From: the human T2T-CHM13v2.0 reference genome, Homo sapiens
Length of the DNA: 64,000 bases
NCBI RefSeq assembly: GCF_009914755.1
Contig: NC_060937.1
Direction: 5' to 3' (one strand)
Shown: positions 41,593-57,121 of the stretch, piece by piece
How positions within the stretch are numbered: the first letter of the stretch is position 1
How the letters are laid out: every line of letters starts with the position of its first letter
Translations under genes and position numbers: made by a program
The notes under the pieces: model-generated
What the model saw: the letters and a program-made list of their open reading frames with translations, nothing else
The model's database searches: none
What the model was told of the DNA's origin: nothing

Positions 41593-42744
41593 ACTGGAAG
41601 TTCTAGCCAGGAAAACTAGCCAAGACTATGAAATAGAAGGCACCTAGAATGGAAAGGAATAAGTAAAACTATCTACATTTGCAAAGCAGAACATTTGGTC
41701 AGCTTAGAACGTTCCCATGGTTTATACTGATTAACCTCATCTTTGAAGTAATAATTTTTTTGGATAAATTCTAGGGTATAATTTGCAGAATCGTGTTCAA
41801 ATATGACAGCTCCTGGGAAGAGCCTTGCGAAGAAATTGTTTGTGAAATTGAACCAGTGTTCTGAGGAAGGAACCCAGGATTACTCCACCAAAATTTGTTG
41901 AAAGATCGATGCTTGTATCTAAATTGTGTATTTAATATTTAATAGAAACTCATAGGACAACTAAGAATGAGATTCCAGGTGGTTCTGCTTGTGGGAGGGT
42001 GAACTAGCAAAAAGTACTCATCTGGAAGATGGGAATACTTTATGTTACTGTTTCACATACACGTGTGAGTGAACATAGCCCTCTTCATTTTTTTCCCTGT
42101 TATTTCTAATTTTTTATTAAAGTACAACCACTCAAGCTTCCCATAATGGCACGGGAAGTCCTTACTGCAGTGTTGAGGACAAGATGGACAAATCCATGTC
42201 AGCTCAGGACTGTCTGTTGTCAAACTGGAAGCCTGCCACCAGCCCTCTGCCAAATGGTCCCCAGCAATGGCCCCTCCCAGAGCTGGCCAGTGGGGCCCAT
42301 GCGTCAATGACCTGGAAGAACAGTTTCCAGCTGTGTAGAAGTCCCCTCGCTCAAATCAGCAGCACTTGGCAGAGCCAGTAAGATCTGTCACACTGTGACA
42401 TTTGCACGCTTGGGCTTGGTGTCTGAAGGATTGGCGTTTAGCTTCAAATTTGGTGGGAGGGAACTTGAAAAGACATTGGTTCTGTTCTCCATCTCATCAG
42501 GACAAAAGGTCATGGGTCCCCTTCAGTGTGCTGACTTGCTACTGCTAAGAAACAAAAGCAAAAGCAAAAGCAAAAACCCAAACCCAAAGGTAACAAAGCA
42601 TGGCTTGTTGAGCCCCCGCCTGGGTAAATTGAAACAAGCCTGTGGCTGCACTGAGAAAATACTCATTTTGTGGTATCAAATGTGGATTCCTGTTTGCTTT
42701 TTAAATGAGCCTCTGCTCTGGGCCACATGAGCTCTTCATGCTCT

Positions 42745-43938
42745 GTACTGTGGACTGAATGTGTATGTTCACATATGTTCACAGTCATATGTTGAAACCC
42801 TACCCCTCAGTGTGGATATATTTGGAGATTGGACCTTATGTAGGGGAAACGTCTCTCAACCTAGGGTTTTCCTCTGCTCTCACACCACCACAACAATAGA
42901 CTTCTGTGATGATGAAGACTTTCGTGACCAAAAGCGTGTGGTTTTCCCCCATGCATCAAGCAGTGGACACCAGCTGGGCGTCCTCCAATTCAGTTCCGAC
43001 AGTATCTACCGGGAGATGGCATCAGATCCCACTGGTTAGGGGCTCAGTCCCCAAGAATGCCCCCTACACCCTCAGATGCCAGTTGCAATTTTGAGCCTCC
43101 GGAACTTCCTACCAACTGGCTTCAAGTTGGGGTCGCATGACTCTCTTTTGGGTTCAATTAATTTGCTGGAGCAGCTCACAGAACTCAGGGAAACACTTAC
43201 TTATGTTTACCAGTTTATTATAAAGGATATTGCAAAGGATGCAGAGAAAGAGATGTGTAGGGTGAGGTTTGGGAGAAGGGGCACGCAGTTTCCAAGCCCT
43301 CTCTGGGTGTGCCAGCCCTCCAGGAGCCTCCATGTGTACAGCTGTCAGGAAGCTCTCCTAACCCAGTCTGCTTGGGTTTTTACCGAAGCCTTCCTTCCCT
43401 CAGGGTATGAGGCAGGACCCTTTGCAAAGGAGGGTCTTAAGACCTACAATCAGAAAAGTGGGGAAAGATTAGAGTCCCGCCTTGGGGCAGGTGAAAGGAA
43501 GGCAGGAGAGAGATTCTGTTTCCTGAGGCCCGTCCCTGAGGCCTCACACACCCAGCCTTATAACAAAAGACTGTAACAATGGGATATGGGAATTATGAGC
43601 CAGAAACTGTGGACAAAAAACAACATATCATAACACCACAGGCTTCTAAGGAAATAATTAAGGTTAAATTTAAATGAGGTCATAAGAATGGGGCCGTGAT
43701 GCCATAGGATTAGTATTTCTCCCCTAACCCCAGCACACGAGCACTGAGGAAAGGCCAAATGAGCACATGGTAAGAAGGCGGCCATTTGCAAGCCACGGGA
43801 GAGCCCTCACCAGAAACCAACCATGCTGGCACCTTGATCTTGGACTTCCCAACCTCTAGAAGAGTAACAAAATACATTTCTGTTGTTGAAGCCATCTGAC
43901 CTGTGGTGTTTTGTTACAGCAATCCAAGCAGACAAATG
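42745..43938 (+). mobile_element. MLT1A/MST-type MaLR LTR, split by MER21A
   Basis: CATATGTTGAAACCCTACCCC before the insert; GCTGGCACCTTGATCTTGGACTTCCCAACCTC after it. Confidence 0.75.
42839..43640 (-). mobile_element. MER21A-like LTR
   Basis: Minus strand begins TGTGGTGTTATGATATG...GTCCACAGTTTCTGGCTCATAATTCCCAT. Confidence 0.75.
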
Positions 43939-44355
43939 CCGTCTGAGAAACTTGTACAAGTAGGGGAGCTCAGGCTCTCCCCTGGTCCTGCATCCCTTAC
44001 CTGTCTCTGCCTAGAAGCAGCAACTCAATCACCCTGTCCTAAGGATTGCTGATTATAAACCCCCCCAAGCAAATGAGACTGTCTCCCAGGTAGGAAACTT
44101 TGCATGAGAATTTCTTGCCATCCTACTGCCATCCCTCATCCGTGGGCTGCTCTGACTGTGTCCTCAGTGGAGACATAGACAAAGGATTTCACTTTGGCAG
44201 GTGAGCTCTGCAAACCTGGGCCATCCACAAGGCAATCTTCTCCAGGTTGCATGATTTTACTACCCTCTGGACTTCTGTGTAAATTAATGGTGCAAAATGT
44301 TCTCTCATGTCCTTTCCAGATCTAAAGCCACAGCATTTCTTCTTTTTATTCATCT

Positions 44356-44656
<301 letters not shown>

Positions 44657-45224
44657 TTCATCTCTTCAAGAGACATCATTTTTGAGGTAAAAATCAACAC
44701 ACACGAGAGTTGAGTTTTCCTCAAATATAAAGTAAATACTGTACCTATGGGTGTATGGGTGGGAATTTACATAACGGGATGAACGTCCTGCACTGGGTAT
44801 TGGAAGCACAAAGACAGATAAGATGGTCCCATTTTCAGGGGCTTAAAATACACTAGACAACATCCAATAATTAGACCTCCTTTTTATTTTAAGCTTTTCA
44901 AACAAGAAGAAAGAAACATAGCAGCAGTTTGTTCTTCGACCTTTCCTACCTCACTTATAGAGCGCTCTTCAAGCTTGGAACATCTGAGCAATAACAGCAA
45001 CAAATGCTAAGTGCTTTCAGCAGAACTCGGCACAGAGCCTGGCTGACATTCTAAGTACGTTGTGCACTTGTATTAAACTACTATGCTGAATATATAAATT
45101 CATTCATGGCACATGGTGAGGGTTCAACACAGCAGCTATTAGAAATACTGAAGATCAGCACTAGCTAATTATCATTTTGGAGCTAGATAGGGGTAGTGGT
45201 TGCATAATGTTGCAAATCTACTAA

Positions 45225-45533
<309 letters not shown>

Positions 45534-47196
45534 TAATCATACATTTTAAAGTGTTAAGTTTCTGTGATGTGAATGTCACTTCAGTTTTTTTTTTTTTTTT
45601 TTTTTTTTTTAAAGCTAATTGCCACTTGCACCAGGTGCTGGGCAAAAATGCAATTAAATACCCAGGATTCGAGGCTGAGAGTTACCACTAGAAAGGAAGA
45701 AGGAAATCACAAGGTTAAAATAAAAAATAATTATGTGCACAGGAAGGCCTGGTGCCCCCCGAGAAGAGCATACATCCACATCAGACAGTCTGCAAACATT
45801 GAAGAAACACACTAGAGAGATGAAAATCATAGGCCCTAGAGGACTTAGGCCAAGAAGCCCATTCTTACCTCCTCTGAGCCTGGACTTGACCACATGCAGG
45901 TCACAGAGATGCCTGGTGGGGTGAAGCGGGTTTCATAACTTTCTTCCCTGTCACCATCTACTGCTCTCAGAGTTACCCTCTTAACTTTTCCCATATAATA
46001 GCATACTTAACTCCGGCCTCATCACTGCCTTTGCTTAATCTGTAATGTTTTCTAGACCTGAAATGCCTGGCAATGTGCAATGTAATATTACTCTTATCAT
46101 CACTGTGTTACCATTTGCCCTTTAAAGGACTTTGGAAAATGCTTTTACTTTTAAGTGTAATGCTTTATTTTCACACAGATGGACACACCTCCTTCTTCCT
46201 CTTGGATTCCTCCCAGTTGGGGGATTACGCCCTGGTAATTCAATCACTTGGCCTCTTTGGCCTAGTTTCTATCTCCCTGTTTACGTCAGAATTTCCTTTC
46301 ACTGCAGAGTGTGTTTTCTGGTCAACTATCTTGTTTCTTCTGTTCTGTGCAACTGTGGGAAGACAACACAGCCAATGCCACTTTAAGCTCTTGTTTCTTT
46401 TCTTTAGGCAATGTTCGAGCTTTCACACTTTCTTCTTAGCGCCCTGAACTGCTAATTTCTTTCTGCTTCAATGAAACATACTTGTCAGTGCTCACGAAAT
46501 GAACCTTTCTGCCCTGTCCACTCCTTATTATTCAACCTCTGATGTTTTGCCGTCTGGGGTTTCTCCTCCCCTCAGGGCCGACGGGGCTGTTGTTGGATTT
46601 TTGTGTGTTTGTTTCTTCTCCTTTTGTTTTCCCAACATAAGCAAATATAATTTTAATTGAATTAATACCACAATTTTTTCCTTTTATTTTTAGTTGACAC
46701 ATCATAACTCTACATACTTATGGGGTTCAAAGCTGAAATGTCACTCTTTGTTTCTTTAATCACTGTTCTTGCCAGCTTCTGCCCTCCAAGCATGTTCCGT
46801 GACCTTCAGTGGATCCCAAGACATTTAGGTTTGTGGCTGCTCTTCAGTACACAAACCGTGGGATCCACAGTTCGTATCCTGATATTGTCACTCACTAATC
46901 TTTTGATTCTAGGGCTGTTTCTTACTACCTATTTGGCACAGTTGTGAGAATTCAATAAGGTTATGCCTGTGAAGGCAGGCAGCATATCGTCTAGGGGATA
47001 GTAGGTGTTCCATAAATGTGTGTTGGATTGAGAGAAAACTTATTTTCATCTCATGAAATATTTTCTCTAATTTGAATCTCTGACCATACAGGTGCACTTA
47101 AATAAGTGTGCAAGAAAACAGGCACTCATGGTGGTAGGAACATAAATTAGTACAACCTTTGTGGAGGACAATTTTATCACATGTATACAAACTCAT

Positions 47197-47594
47197 TGTC
47201 TTAGTCCATTTTGTGTTGATATAACAGAATACCACAGACTGGGTAATTTATAAAGAAGCGAAATGTATTTCTCACAATTCTGGAGGCTGGGAAGTCCAAG
47301 ACAGATGACTTGCATCTGGTGAGGGACTTCTTGTATCATCCCATGGTGGAAGGTGGAAGGGTGCATGAACATGTATGTGAAAGAGAGAGCAGGGAAGGGG
47401 CAGAACTCATCTCTTTATCAAGAACCCATCCCTTCAATAATGAACTCAGTCCTGAAATAACGATATTAATTGATTCATGAAGTCAGAACCCTCATGACCT
47501 AATCACGTCTTAAATGTCCCACCTCTCAATACTGTTGCACTGAGGATTAAATTTCCAACACATAAACTTTGGGGAACACATGCAAACCATAGCA
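47197..47594 (-). mobile_element. MST-type MaLR LTR inside an old L1M fragment
   Basis: TGTCTTAGTCCATTTTGTGTTG...AACAGAATACCACAGACTGGG...CAAACCATAGCA. Confidence 0.85.
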
Positions 47595-47673
47595 CTCTCT
47601 GTCCCAGCAATTTGAATTTTAGAAACTGACACTAAGGAAATAATTGATCTGCACGAAGATTTTGCTATGAGGT

Positions 47674-48890
<1,217 letters not shown>

Positions 48891-49169
48891 GAAGATATTC
48901 TCTGAAGCCTTATTTATATTCATAAAACATTGGAAACAATTTAAATGTTCATCAGTAGAGAATGATTAAAAAGATAATGCTATATTATTTAAAGGAACGG
49001 AATACAATCATTAAAAAAGGTGTTATAGAAGAATACTGAAAGGTAAGTATGATATTCATAACATTTTGATGGAGAAAAGAAGGTTAAAAAAACTTGGATA
49101 TTTAATAGACAAAAATTAAACTTGTATATTTAAAAAACATAAGTCCTGATTTTCCCATACTCACCAAAC

Positions 49170-49520
49170 ATGCTCTACCTGTAGCCACTACCTGTCCAAT
49201 TGCTCAGGGTGAAACTTCAGAGCCGTCTTTGATTGTCATAGCCTATGTTCAACTAATCAGGAAATCCTTTCACCTCTACCTTCTAAGCATACTGAGAATC
49301 TCAGCCTCACCAGACTCATCACCATTGCCCTAGGGCAAGCCACCACCATCTCTCAGTTGGCTTATTGCAATAGTCTCCTGCTGGTCTTTTCACTATTATG
49401 CCTCACAAGTTATTCTCAACACAACAGCAGAGTGACCCTGTTAAGGCATTAAGTCTCTTCATGGAGCTCTTCTGCTCAAGAGCTTCCCATCTCACACAGA
49501 GTCAAAGACTCTGTAAAATG
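49170..49520 (+). mobile_element. L2 fragment
   Basis: CAAGCCACCACCATCTCTC...TATTGCAATAGTCTCCTG...CAGCAGAGTGACCCTGTTAA. Confidence 0.7.
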
Positions 49521-49539
49521 ACCAGTAATAAATGGGCTG

Positions 49540-50171
49540 AATGTAGTTTATTCAGCCTGTTTGTTCAGCCACTTTGTGGCCTCCCAGTACAAGGCAGGAC
49601 CCCTTTGGAATGAAGGTCTGATGACCTACTTTCAGGGGAGGTAGGTCAGAAAATTCTTTTACATCCTGTTTCAGGGGAGAAAGGTGAGAGAACGTCAGAG
49701 AATGATCCTCCTTTTCCTGCAATTTTCTCAATTTCTTTCAGTTTAAAATACTTAGTATGGGCCAGGCATGGTGGCTCATGCCTGTAATCACAACACTTTG
49801 GAGGCTGAGATGGGAGGATCTGTTGAGCCCCGGGGGATTCAGAACCAGCCTGGGCAACATAGGGAGACCGTATCTCTACATAAAATCTAAAAAATTAGCT
49901 AGGCGCTCATTTGTGTTCCCAACTACTTGGGAGACTGAGGAAGGAGGATCGTTTGAGCCTAAGAGGTCAAGGCTGCAATGAGCCACGATCACACCACTGC
50001 ACTCCAGCCTGGGCAACAGAGCAGACCCTGTCTCGGAAACAACAACAACAACGAAAAAAAAACAAAACAAAACCAAACAAAAAACCCAAAAAACAACCCA
50101 AAACACACAAAAAACACAACTCAGTATGCTAAGATGCCATATTTTGAGGCACTATGTTCTGAGCCCTGACA
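49540..50171 (-). mobile_element. ERV1 LTR fragment (MER31/MER34 group), split by AluJ
   Basis: Ends GCCATATTTTGAGG...GTTCTGAGCCCTGACA. Confidence 0.55.
49760..50118 (+). mobile_element. AluJ with long CAA-rich tail
   Basis: TSD ACTTAGTATG / ACTCAGTATG. Confidence 0.9.
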
Positions 50172-50295
50172 TAGAATATAAACCTCATGAGAGAGAGATT
50201 TTTACCTCTTTAGTTTTACTGATGCGTGTATCTCCTCCACCTAGAGCACTCAATGAATATTAGTTGAATGTCTTGAATGCATTAGTATGGGATGA

Positions 50296-50890
<595 letters not shown>

Positions 50891-51313
50891 TTTTAAACCA
50901 TGCAATAATAAAATTGCAACTCCACTAGCCATTTATTAAAGGCTAAAAATACTAGCCACTTCCGTTTGGGGGAAAATCCTTTCTCACCTGCATGTTCTAG
51001 TCTTATGTTATTTTCATGTTTTGGGTATCTGGAATTTCTAGGGTCAAAGATACAGACATTTAAGCTGACAAGGAAAGTATCAACTTTCAACAAATCCCCA
51101 GTTTAGGGTTTGGGTCTGTTAAAATTGTTGTTATTCTAAACGTTGTCCTGATTTGCTATTTCAGTTCCATATATGCTAAAATATAGGTAACACCGCTCCT
51201 TAGTGTTAACCGATCACTACAGTTCTTATTTGCAGCTATTAGCACATTAAAATGGTGTCTGTTGTTTGGAGAATCAAGAAACTGCCTGTTTGCTTTTCTA
51301 TACTCAGGGTTTA

Positions 51314-51756
51314 TGTGATGGTTAATACTGAGTGTCAACTTGATTGGATTGAAGGATGCAAAGTATTGTTCCTGGGTGTGTCTGCGAGGGTGTTGCCAAA
51401 GGAGATTAACATTTGAGTCAGTGGGCTGGGAGAGGCAGACCCACCCTCAATCTGGTGGGCACAATCTAATCAGCTGCCAGCAAATATAAAGCAGAAAAAT
51501 GTGAAAAGGCAAGACGGGCCTAGCCTCCCAGCCTACATCTTTCTCCCATGCTGGATGCTTCCTGCTCTCGAACATAGGACTCCATGTTCTTCAGTTTTGG
51601 GACTCGGACTGATTCTTCTTGCTCCTCAGCTTGCAGACAGTCTATTGTGGGACCTTGTGATTGTGTAACTTAATACTTAATAAACTTAATAACTTAATAA
51701 ACTCCTATATATATATCCTGTTAGTTCTGTCACTCTAGGGAACCCTGACAAATATA
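51314..51756 (+). mobile_element. MLT2A1-like ERVL solo LTR
   Basis: TGTGATGGTTAATACTGAGTGTCAACTTGATTGGATTGAAGG; perfect 5-bp TSD GTTTA. Confidence 0.9.
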
Positions 51757-52258
51757 GTTTAATATTTGTTTATCGAATATCTTTTATATATAACTATAAA
51801 AAGCCCATATCTATATAACTACAGATTTGTAGTAACTAGATAAATAAACCCTTAGATTGAAGAGGGTGGTGGGGCTTACACCTTCCCCCTCTTCCACAAT
51901 CGATTTGAATGTTTATTGTTGGTGAACTTTGGCAAATGTGCAAGCATGATAATTGTTATTTCTTCAACACTTTAACCTAAAGACTATAGTACTATATGAG
52001 AAATTAAAATAAAATTAATATAAAATTCTAAGCCCCCTAATTGACTGAACGAACTACTTCTTGACCAAGAGGAACCCAGAGAAACTTAGAAACTGAGCTC
52101 CTGGCCATTGCAGAATGGGATGGCAGACATGGCTTGTTATACCCCCTCCCTCACTAACCACCATTCCCTTCCTAAGGGCTAAACAGAAACCAGCCTTTTG
52201 GAAAGATTTGCTCCACTACTGACTTCAACCAACCAACTGACCCTTGCTGTATCCCCTC

Positions 52259-52616
52259 TGATATGGTTTAGCTGTGTCCCCACTCAAATCTCATCTTGAA
52301 TTGTAGCTCCCACAATTCCCACAAGTTGTGGGAATGACCTGGAGGGAGGTAATTGAACCATGGGGCCAGGTCTTTCCCATGCTGTTCTCATGATAGTGAA
52401 GAAGCCTCATGAGATCTGATGGTTTTAAAAAGGGGAGTTTCCCTGCACAAGCTCTCTTCTTTTGTCTGCTGCCATGTGAGACGTGCCTTTCACTTTCCAC
52501 CATGATTGTGAGGCCTCCCCAGCCACGTGGAACTGCGGTTCATTAAACCTCTTTCTTCTGTAAATTGCCCAGTCTCAGGTATGTCTTTATCAGCAGTATG
52601 AAAATGGACTAATACA
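52259..52616 (+). mobile_element. THE1B-like solo LTR
   Basis: TGATATGGTTTAGCTGTGTCCCCAC...GGACTAATACA; perfect 5-bp TSD CCCTC. Confidence 0.92.
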
Positions 52617-53030
52617 CCCTCCCTTTTTGCAGTTTCTGCACAACTGACCAGCATTCCTTCCTGATAAGAGACCACTGACCATGGAATGGCTCCATCCAGT
52701 TTACAGAGGCTATGCATAGGATGCCTCTGTTTCACTTTTGCCTAATTATAATGTATTTAAGTGTAAATTCTCCACCCAAAACTCAACATGGGACATATGT
52801 AACATGCATGTCTGCTTACTACACATGTGTGTGTCCACCTTCATGAATATTCATAGCTTCTCCTATAACCTGTTGACTATATATACATAGCTGGCCCATT
52901 CAGCATAAATTGTGATCTCAGCCTTTCCTCTGAAATGCCTGCTTGTGGTTTCTACCAGAAGCTACACTTCCCAGCCTGTGGGTTGGCCAGCCGGCAGGCT
53001 ATAATCCTTGATAAGAAATAAAGCTTTTCT

Positions 53031-53327
53031 GGGCGGGTGCAGTGGCTCATGCCTGTAATCCCAGCACTTTGGGAGGCCAAAGCAGGTGGATCACCTAAGG
53101 TCAGGAGTTTGAGACCAGCGTGACCAACATGGAGAAACCTGGTCTCTACTAAAAATACAAAAATTAGCGGGGCATGATGGCACATGCCTGTAATCCCAGC
53201 TACTCAGGAGGCTGAGGCACCAGAATCACTTGAACCCAGGAGGTGGAGGTTGTGGTGAACAGAGATCACACCACTGCACTCTAGCCTAGGCAATAGAGCA
53301 AGACTCTGTCTCAATAAATAAATAAAT
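53031..53327 (+). mobile_element. AluS
   Basis: Sense Alu; TSD AAAGCTTTTCT / AAAGCTTTCCT. Confidence 0.92.
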
Positions 53328-53443
53328 GAAAGCTTTCCTTTCTAAATTTATGAACCTCGTGATTTTTCAGTTGACTTGGAGGAGACCAAAAATATGTCAC
53401 TCTGTAATATGACTGTAGGAAACCAGAATATGCCACTCCAAAA

Positions 53444-54577
53444 TGTTACCAGAAAGGGGTCGCAGTCCAGACTCCAAGAGAGGGTTCTTGGATCTTGCAC
53501 AGGAAAGAATTTGAGGTGAATCCATACAGTAAACTGAAAGCAAGTTTATTAAGAAAGTAAAGGAACAAAGAATGGCTACTTGACAGACAGAGCAGTCCGA
53601 GGGCTGCTGGTTGCCCATTTTTATGGTTATTTCTCTATTATATGCTAAACAAGGGGTGGATTATTCATGCCTGTCCTTTTTAAACCATATAGGGTAACTT
53701 CCTGACGCTGCCATGGCATTTGTAAACTGTCATGGTGAAGCAGCTACATTGTCTTGGGTAAATACCCAAGGTTTGTCATCTCACGCCAGGAAAATTTAGG
53801 ACGCAGACACACATGAGGAGTGTAGGAGTGGAGGTTTAATAGGCGAAAGAAAGAGAAAGGAAAATAGCTCTTTCTCTCTCCAGTGAGAGAGAGAGGTCTT
53901 CTGAAAGGAAAGACTGGCCGGTGGCGGATGCGCTGGATTTTATAGTCAGGCTGGAGAAGGTGGTGTCTGATTTACATAGTCTCACAGATTGGTTTGATAA
54001 GGTATGATGTTTACATAGCACGTGGGGGAGGCTGGCTGCCCCACTCTAATCTTATGCAAATGGGCTTTCCAGTTGACTGGCACCATCTTGTCTGCTCCTT
54101 AGTGTACACATGGATGACAAAGAGAAGGGAAGATGGAGCCACCGTCTTGAACATGATTGGCACAACAGCCAGCATCTGTCTGCAGCTTGATTTTACAGGC
54201 TGCTCTTTGTTAGAAAGGAAAATAATTTGGGGCTGCTTTTTATTAAAAAGGAAAGCTTACCAAGGACTTCTGTACCTTCACTATCTGCCTAAGTAATTTC
54301 TTCTTAACTCTTGTATCAATGGCACTGGTGGGAGTGTAGTAGTGAGGACGACCACATGTCACTCGCATCGCCATCTTGGTTTTGGTGGGTTTTAGCTGGC
54401 TTCTTTACTGCAACCTGCTTTATCAGCAAGGTCTTTCTGACCTGTATCTTGTGCCGACCTCCTATCTCATCCTGTGACTTAGAATGCCTAACCATATGGG
54501 AATGCAGCCCAGTAGGTCTCAGCCTTAACCCAGCCCCTATTCAAGATGGAGTTGCTCCGATGCAAACACCTCTGACA
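53444..54577 (-). mobile_element. MER41A solo LTR, split by a MER50-like LTR
   Basis: Minus strand starts TGTCAGAGGTGTTTG...CAACTCCATCTTGAATAGGGGCTGGG; TSD AAAA. Confidence 0.88.
53736..54318 (-). mobile_element. MER50-like ERV1 solo LTR
   Basis: TG...CA with 4-bp TSD ATGG; homologous to 508-1094. Confidence 0.8.
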
Positions 54578-55219
54578 AAAATATATTCCTTTGGCATAAG
54601 GATTATTTTGCACTGATTATTTTGTGACACTGCTCAAAATAATCATAAGAACATATGTCTATTATTGCAGACATCGGAAAAGCTCTGAAAACAGAGTGGG
54701 TTACCCCTTTGTAAAGGAAATTTACATATATAAAAGAAATCTCCATTTGTATAATAGGGTCTCCCTCTCTGAATCAGGAAGAGAAGGGTAACTTAATCAC
54801 TAGAGACTCTTAACAATGGAAAAGGCATTGACTTAAGTGTGCATAGCAAACATTATCATTTTGCCATACTATGTACTATACCTGGATACCTCTTCATTTT
54901 GTTTAAGTTGAAGATGGTATTTAAGCCTGAACTCAAAGATGCTTGTTTGAGATTTACTCATTTTCCCCCGGGTATCTCCCACATACACAGGAAGAATACG
55001 TTTTTAAGCTTCTGTTGTTTTTTCTCTTGTTAATTTGTATTTTGCTGCTAGGGTTTGTCTCCAGTAAGTGCTATGGTGGGTATAGAGAAAATTAATTTTC
55101 TCTCCTATAGTACTTGACAACACTTGGAAGCTTTTTCTTCTTCATTGACAATACAATTGCCTATTAGGGCATTCTTTCTCTCTCTATCTCTCCATCCTCT
55201 GTCCCAAAACTTTGCTAAT

Positions 55220-55774
55220 TTAGGGGCCAAGGGAAAACTTCCCCTTTGCCCTCTGAGGTTTCACTGAAAAATCAACTCACCGAAGGCAGATTAATTGGAG
55301 AAAAGGTGTAAAAATTTATTAGCATTGCAAGTTGGGGAGAATCACAGAGTGATTGTTCAATATCCTAGTGGGGCCTCCATACTTACATAGCCTTATTTCA
55401 GAGGGAAGAGGGAGATGGGGAATATAGGTAATTCTATTGAGGGTCAATCAATGATTACTAGTGAGAACAAGTGGATGGAGGGGTAGGGATAAATTCATAA
55501 ATCGTTCTCTTTAGAAATGGAGTGAACCTGAGACAGGGACATTATCTTGTGAATGGGTCTGTTCAGATGTGGTTACATTCTTGGGCTTCTTTTCTGCAAT
55601 AGATAAGGAGATAACAGGAAGGGGAAGGAAAAACTACGCTGTCCTCAGTCTGGTCTTTATGTAGATAGGGAAAACGTCTCTTTCAGTGTCTGTTAATCTT
55701 TGAGGGTTTTTAACTCAAAATACTCATTGTACCAGGGAGGCATATTTTAGGGTGAAGTCCCTTGCATTATTTCA
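55220..55774 (-). mobile_element. MER39/MER34-group ERV1 LTR
   Basis: GGGGCCAAGGGAAAACTTCCCC...GGCAGATTAATTGGAGAAAAGG...CTCAAAATACTC...GCATATTTTAGGGTG. Confidence 0.6.
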
Positions 55775-55904
55775 CTAAACATCACTTTTTTTTTTAAGTG
55801 TAGTGTTAAATGCTACAGAGAAAAACATGGGTGAGACAAGCCAGTTCTCTCAAGAAGCTCAAATGGGTGAGACAGGCATGGAAACACAATAGCCTTATGA
55901 TGAG

Positions 55905-57121
55905 ATGAGTTGCCCCCGTCACTGACTGAATTAACCCTGATCTCAGTCAAGGAAACCCCAGAGAGAGCTTAAAAACTGGATTCCCTGCCACAGTAGAGAG
56001 AGAGTTCTGACACGTCTCATTATAACTCCATCCTTATGGAGTTTAGGCACAACTGACCAGCATTAATGTTAAAATAAAGATCATAATGTTACAGGAAAGG
56101 GGTTTCCATCCAGACCCCAAGAGAGGGTTCTTGGATCTCATGCAAGAAAAAATTCAGGGTGAATCCGTAAAGTGAAAGCAAGTTTATTAGGAAAGCAAAA
56201 GAATAAAAGAATGGTTACTCCATAGACAGAGCAGCCCCGAGGGCTGCTGGTTGCCCATTTTTATGGTTATTTCTTGATTATATCATAAACAAGGGTTGGA
56301 TTATTCATGCCTCCTCTTTTTAGACCATATAGGGTAACTTCCTGTCATTGCCATGGCATTTGTAAACTGTCATGGTGCTGGTGGGAGTGTAGCAGGGAGG
56401 ATGACCAGAGGTCACTCTCGTTGCCATCTTGGTTTTGGTGGGTTTTATCTGACTGCTTTACTGCAACCTGTTTTATCAGCAAGGTTTTTATGACCAGTAT
56501 TTTGTGCTGACCTCCTAACTCATCCTGTGACTTAGAATGCCTTAACTATCTGGGAATGCAGCCCAGTAGGTTTTAGCCTCATTTTACCCAGCCCCTGCTC
56601 AAGATGGAGTTGCTCTGGTTCAAAACGCCTCTGATAATAAGACAACAAAATTGACTCTTTGTGACAATAAGATAAATTATAAATAGAACCTAAAGCCATG
56701 CCAGATAAGGGTTAATTCACACAGCCCTGCCAGTCACTCTGACCCAGTGTATTGGTTAACAGACTTCCTTACCTTAACTTAAACAGTCATTGCTGCTGAC
56801 CCCAAATTTTTAGACAAAGCTTTAGTCATTTAACCAATTGTAAACTAAAGAATCTCTGAATCCACCTCTAAGCCCCTGTTTCAAGATATCCTGCCTTTTC
56901 AGCCTGAACCAGTGTATACCTTCCGTGTATTGATTTATGCCTACCTGTAACTCCTACTTCCCTAACATGTGGATAACCAAACTGACATGTGGAATCTGAC
57001 TGCCTTGGGTGCGCTTTCTCAGCACTTCTTGAGACTGTGTATCGCCGGGCCAAGGTCACTCATATGGGCTCAGAATAAACCTCTTTAAAATATTTTACAG
57101 AGCTTGATTTTTCTCTTAACA
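55905..57121 (+). mobile_element. MER4-group ERV1 LTR hosting MER41A
   Basis: Related to 51997-53375; ends CTCAGAATAAACCTCTTTAAAATATTTTACAGAG...TTAACA. Confidence 0.65.
56087..56636 (-). mobile_element. MER41A solo LTR
   Basis: Full-length; perfect 4-bp TSD ATAA. Confidence 0.9.

Larger units (their letters stand above)
51997..53375 (+). mobile_element. MER4-group ERV1 LTR hosting THE1B and an Alu
   Basis: AAAATTCTAAGCCCCC...GACTGAACG...CCCAGAGAAAC start; ends TTTTTCAGTTGAC; exact family uncertain. Confidence 0.65.
53377..55109 (+). mobile_element. MER34-group ERV1 LTR hosting MER41A
   Basis: ACCAGAATATGCCACTCCAAAA|TATATTCCTTTGGCATAAGGATTATTTTG rejoins across the insert. Confidence 0.75.

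Noticed and set aside
53444-56636. Two MER41A LTRs as ends of one provirus
   Set aside because: Different TSDs, and the intervening DNA is other LTRs rather than gag/pol/env
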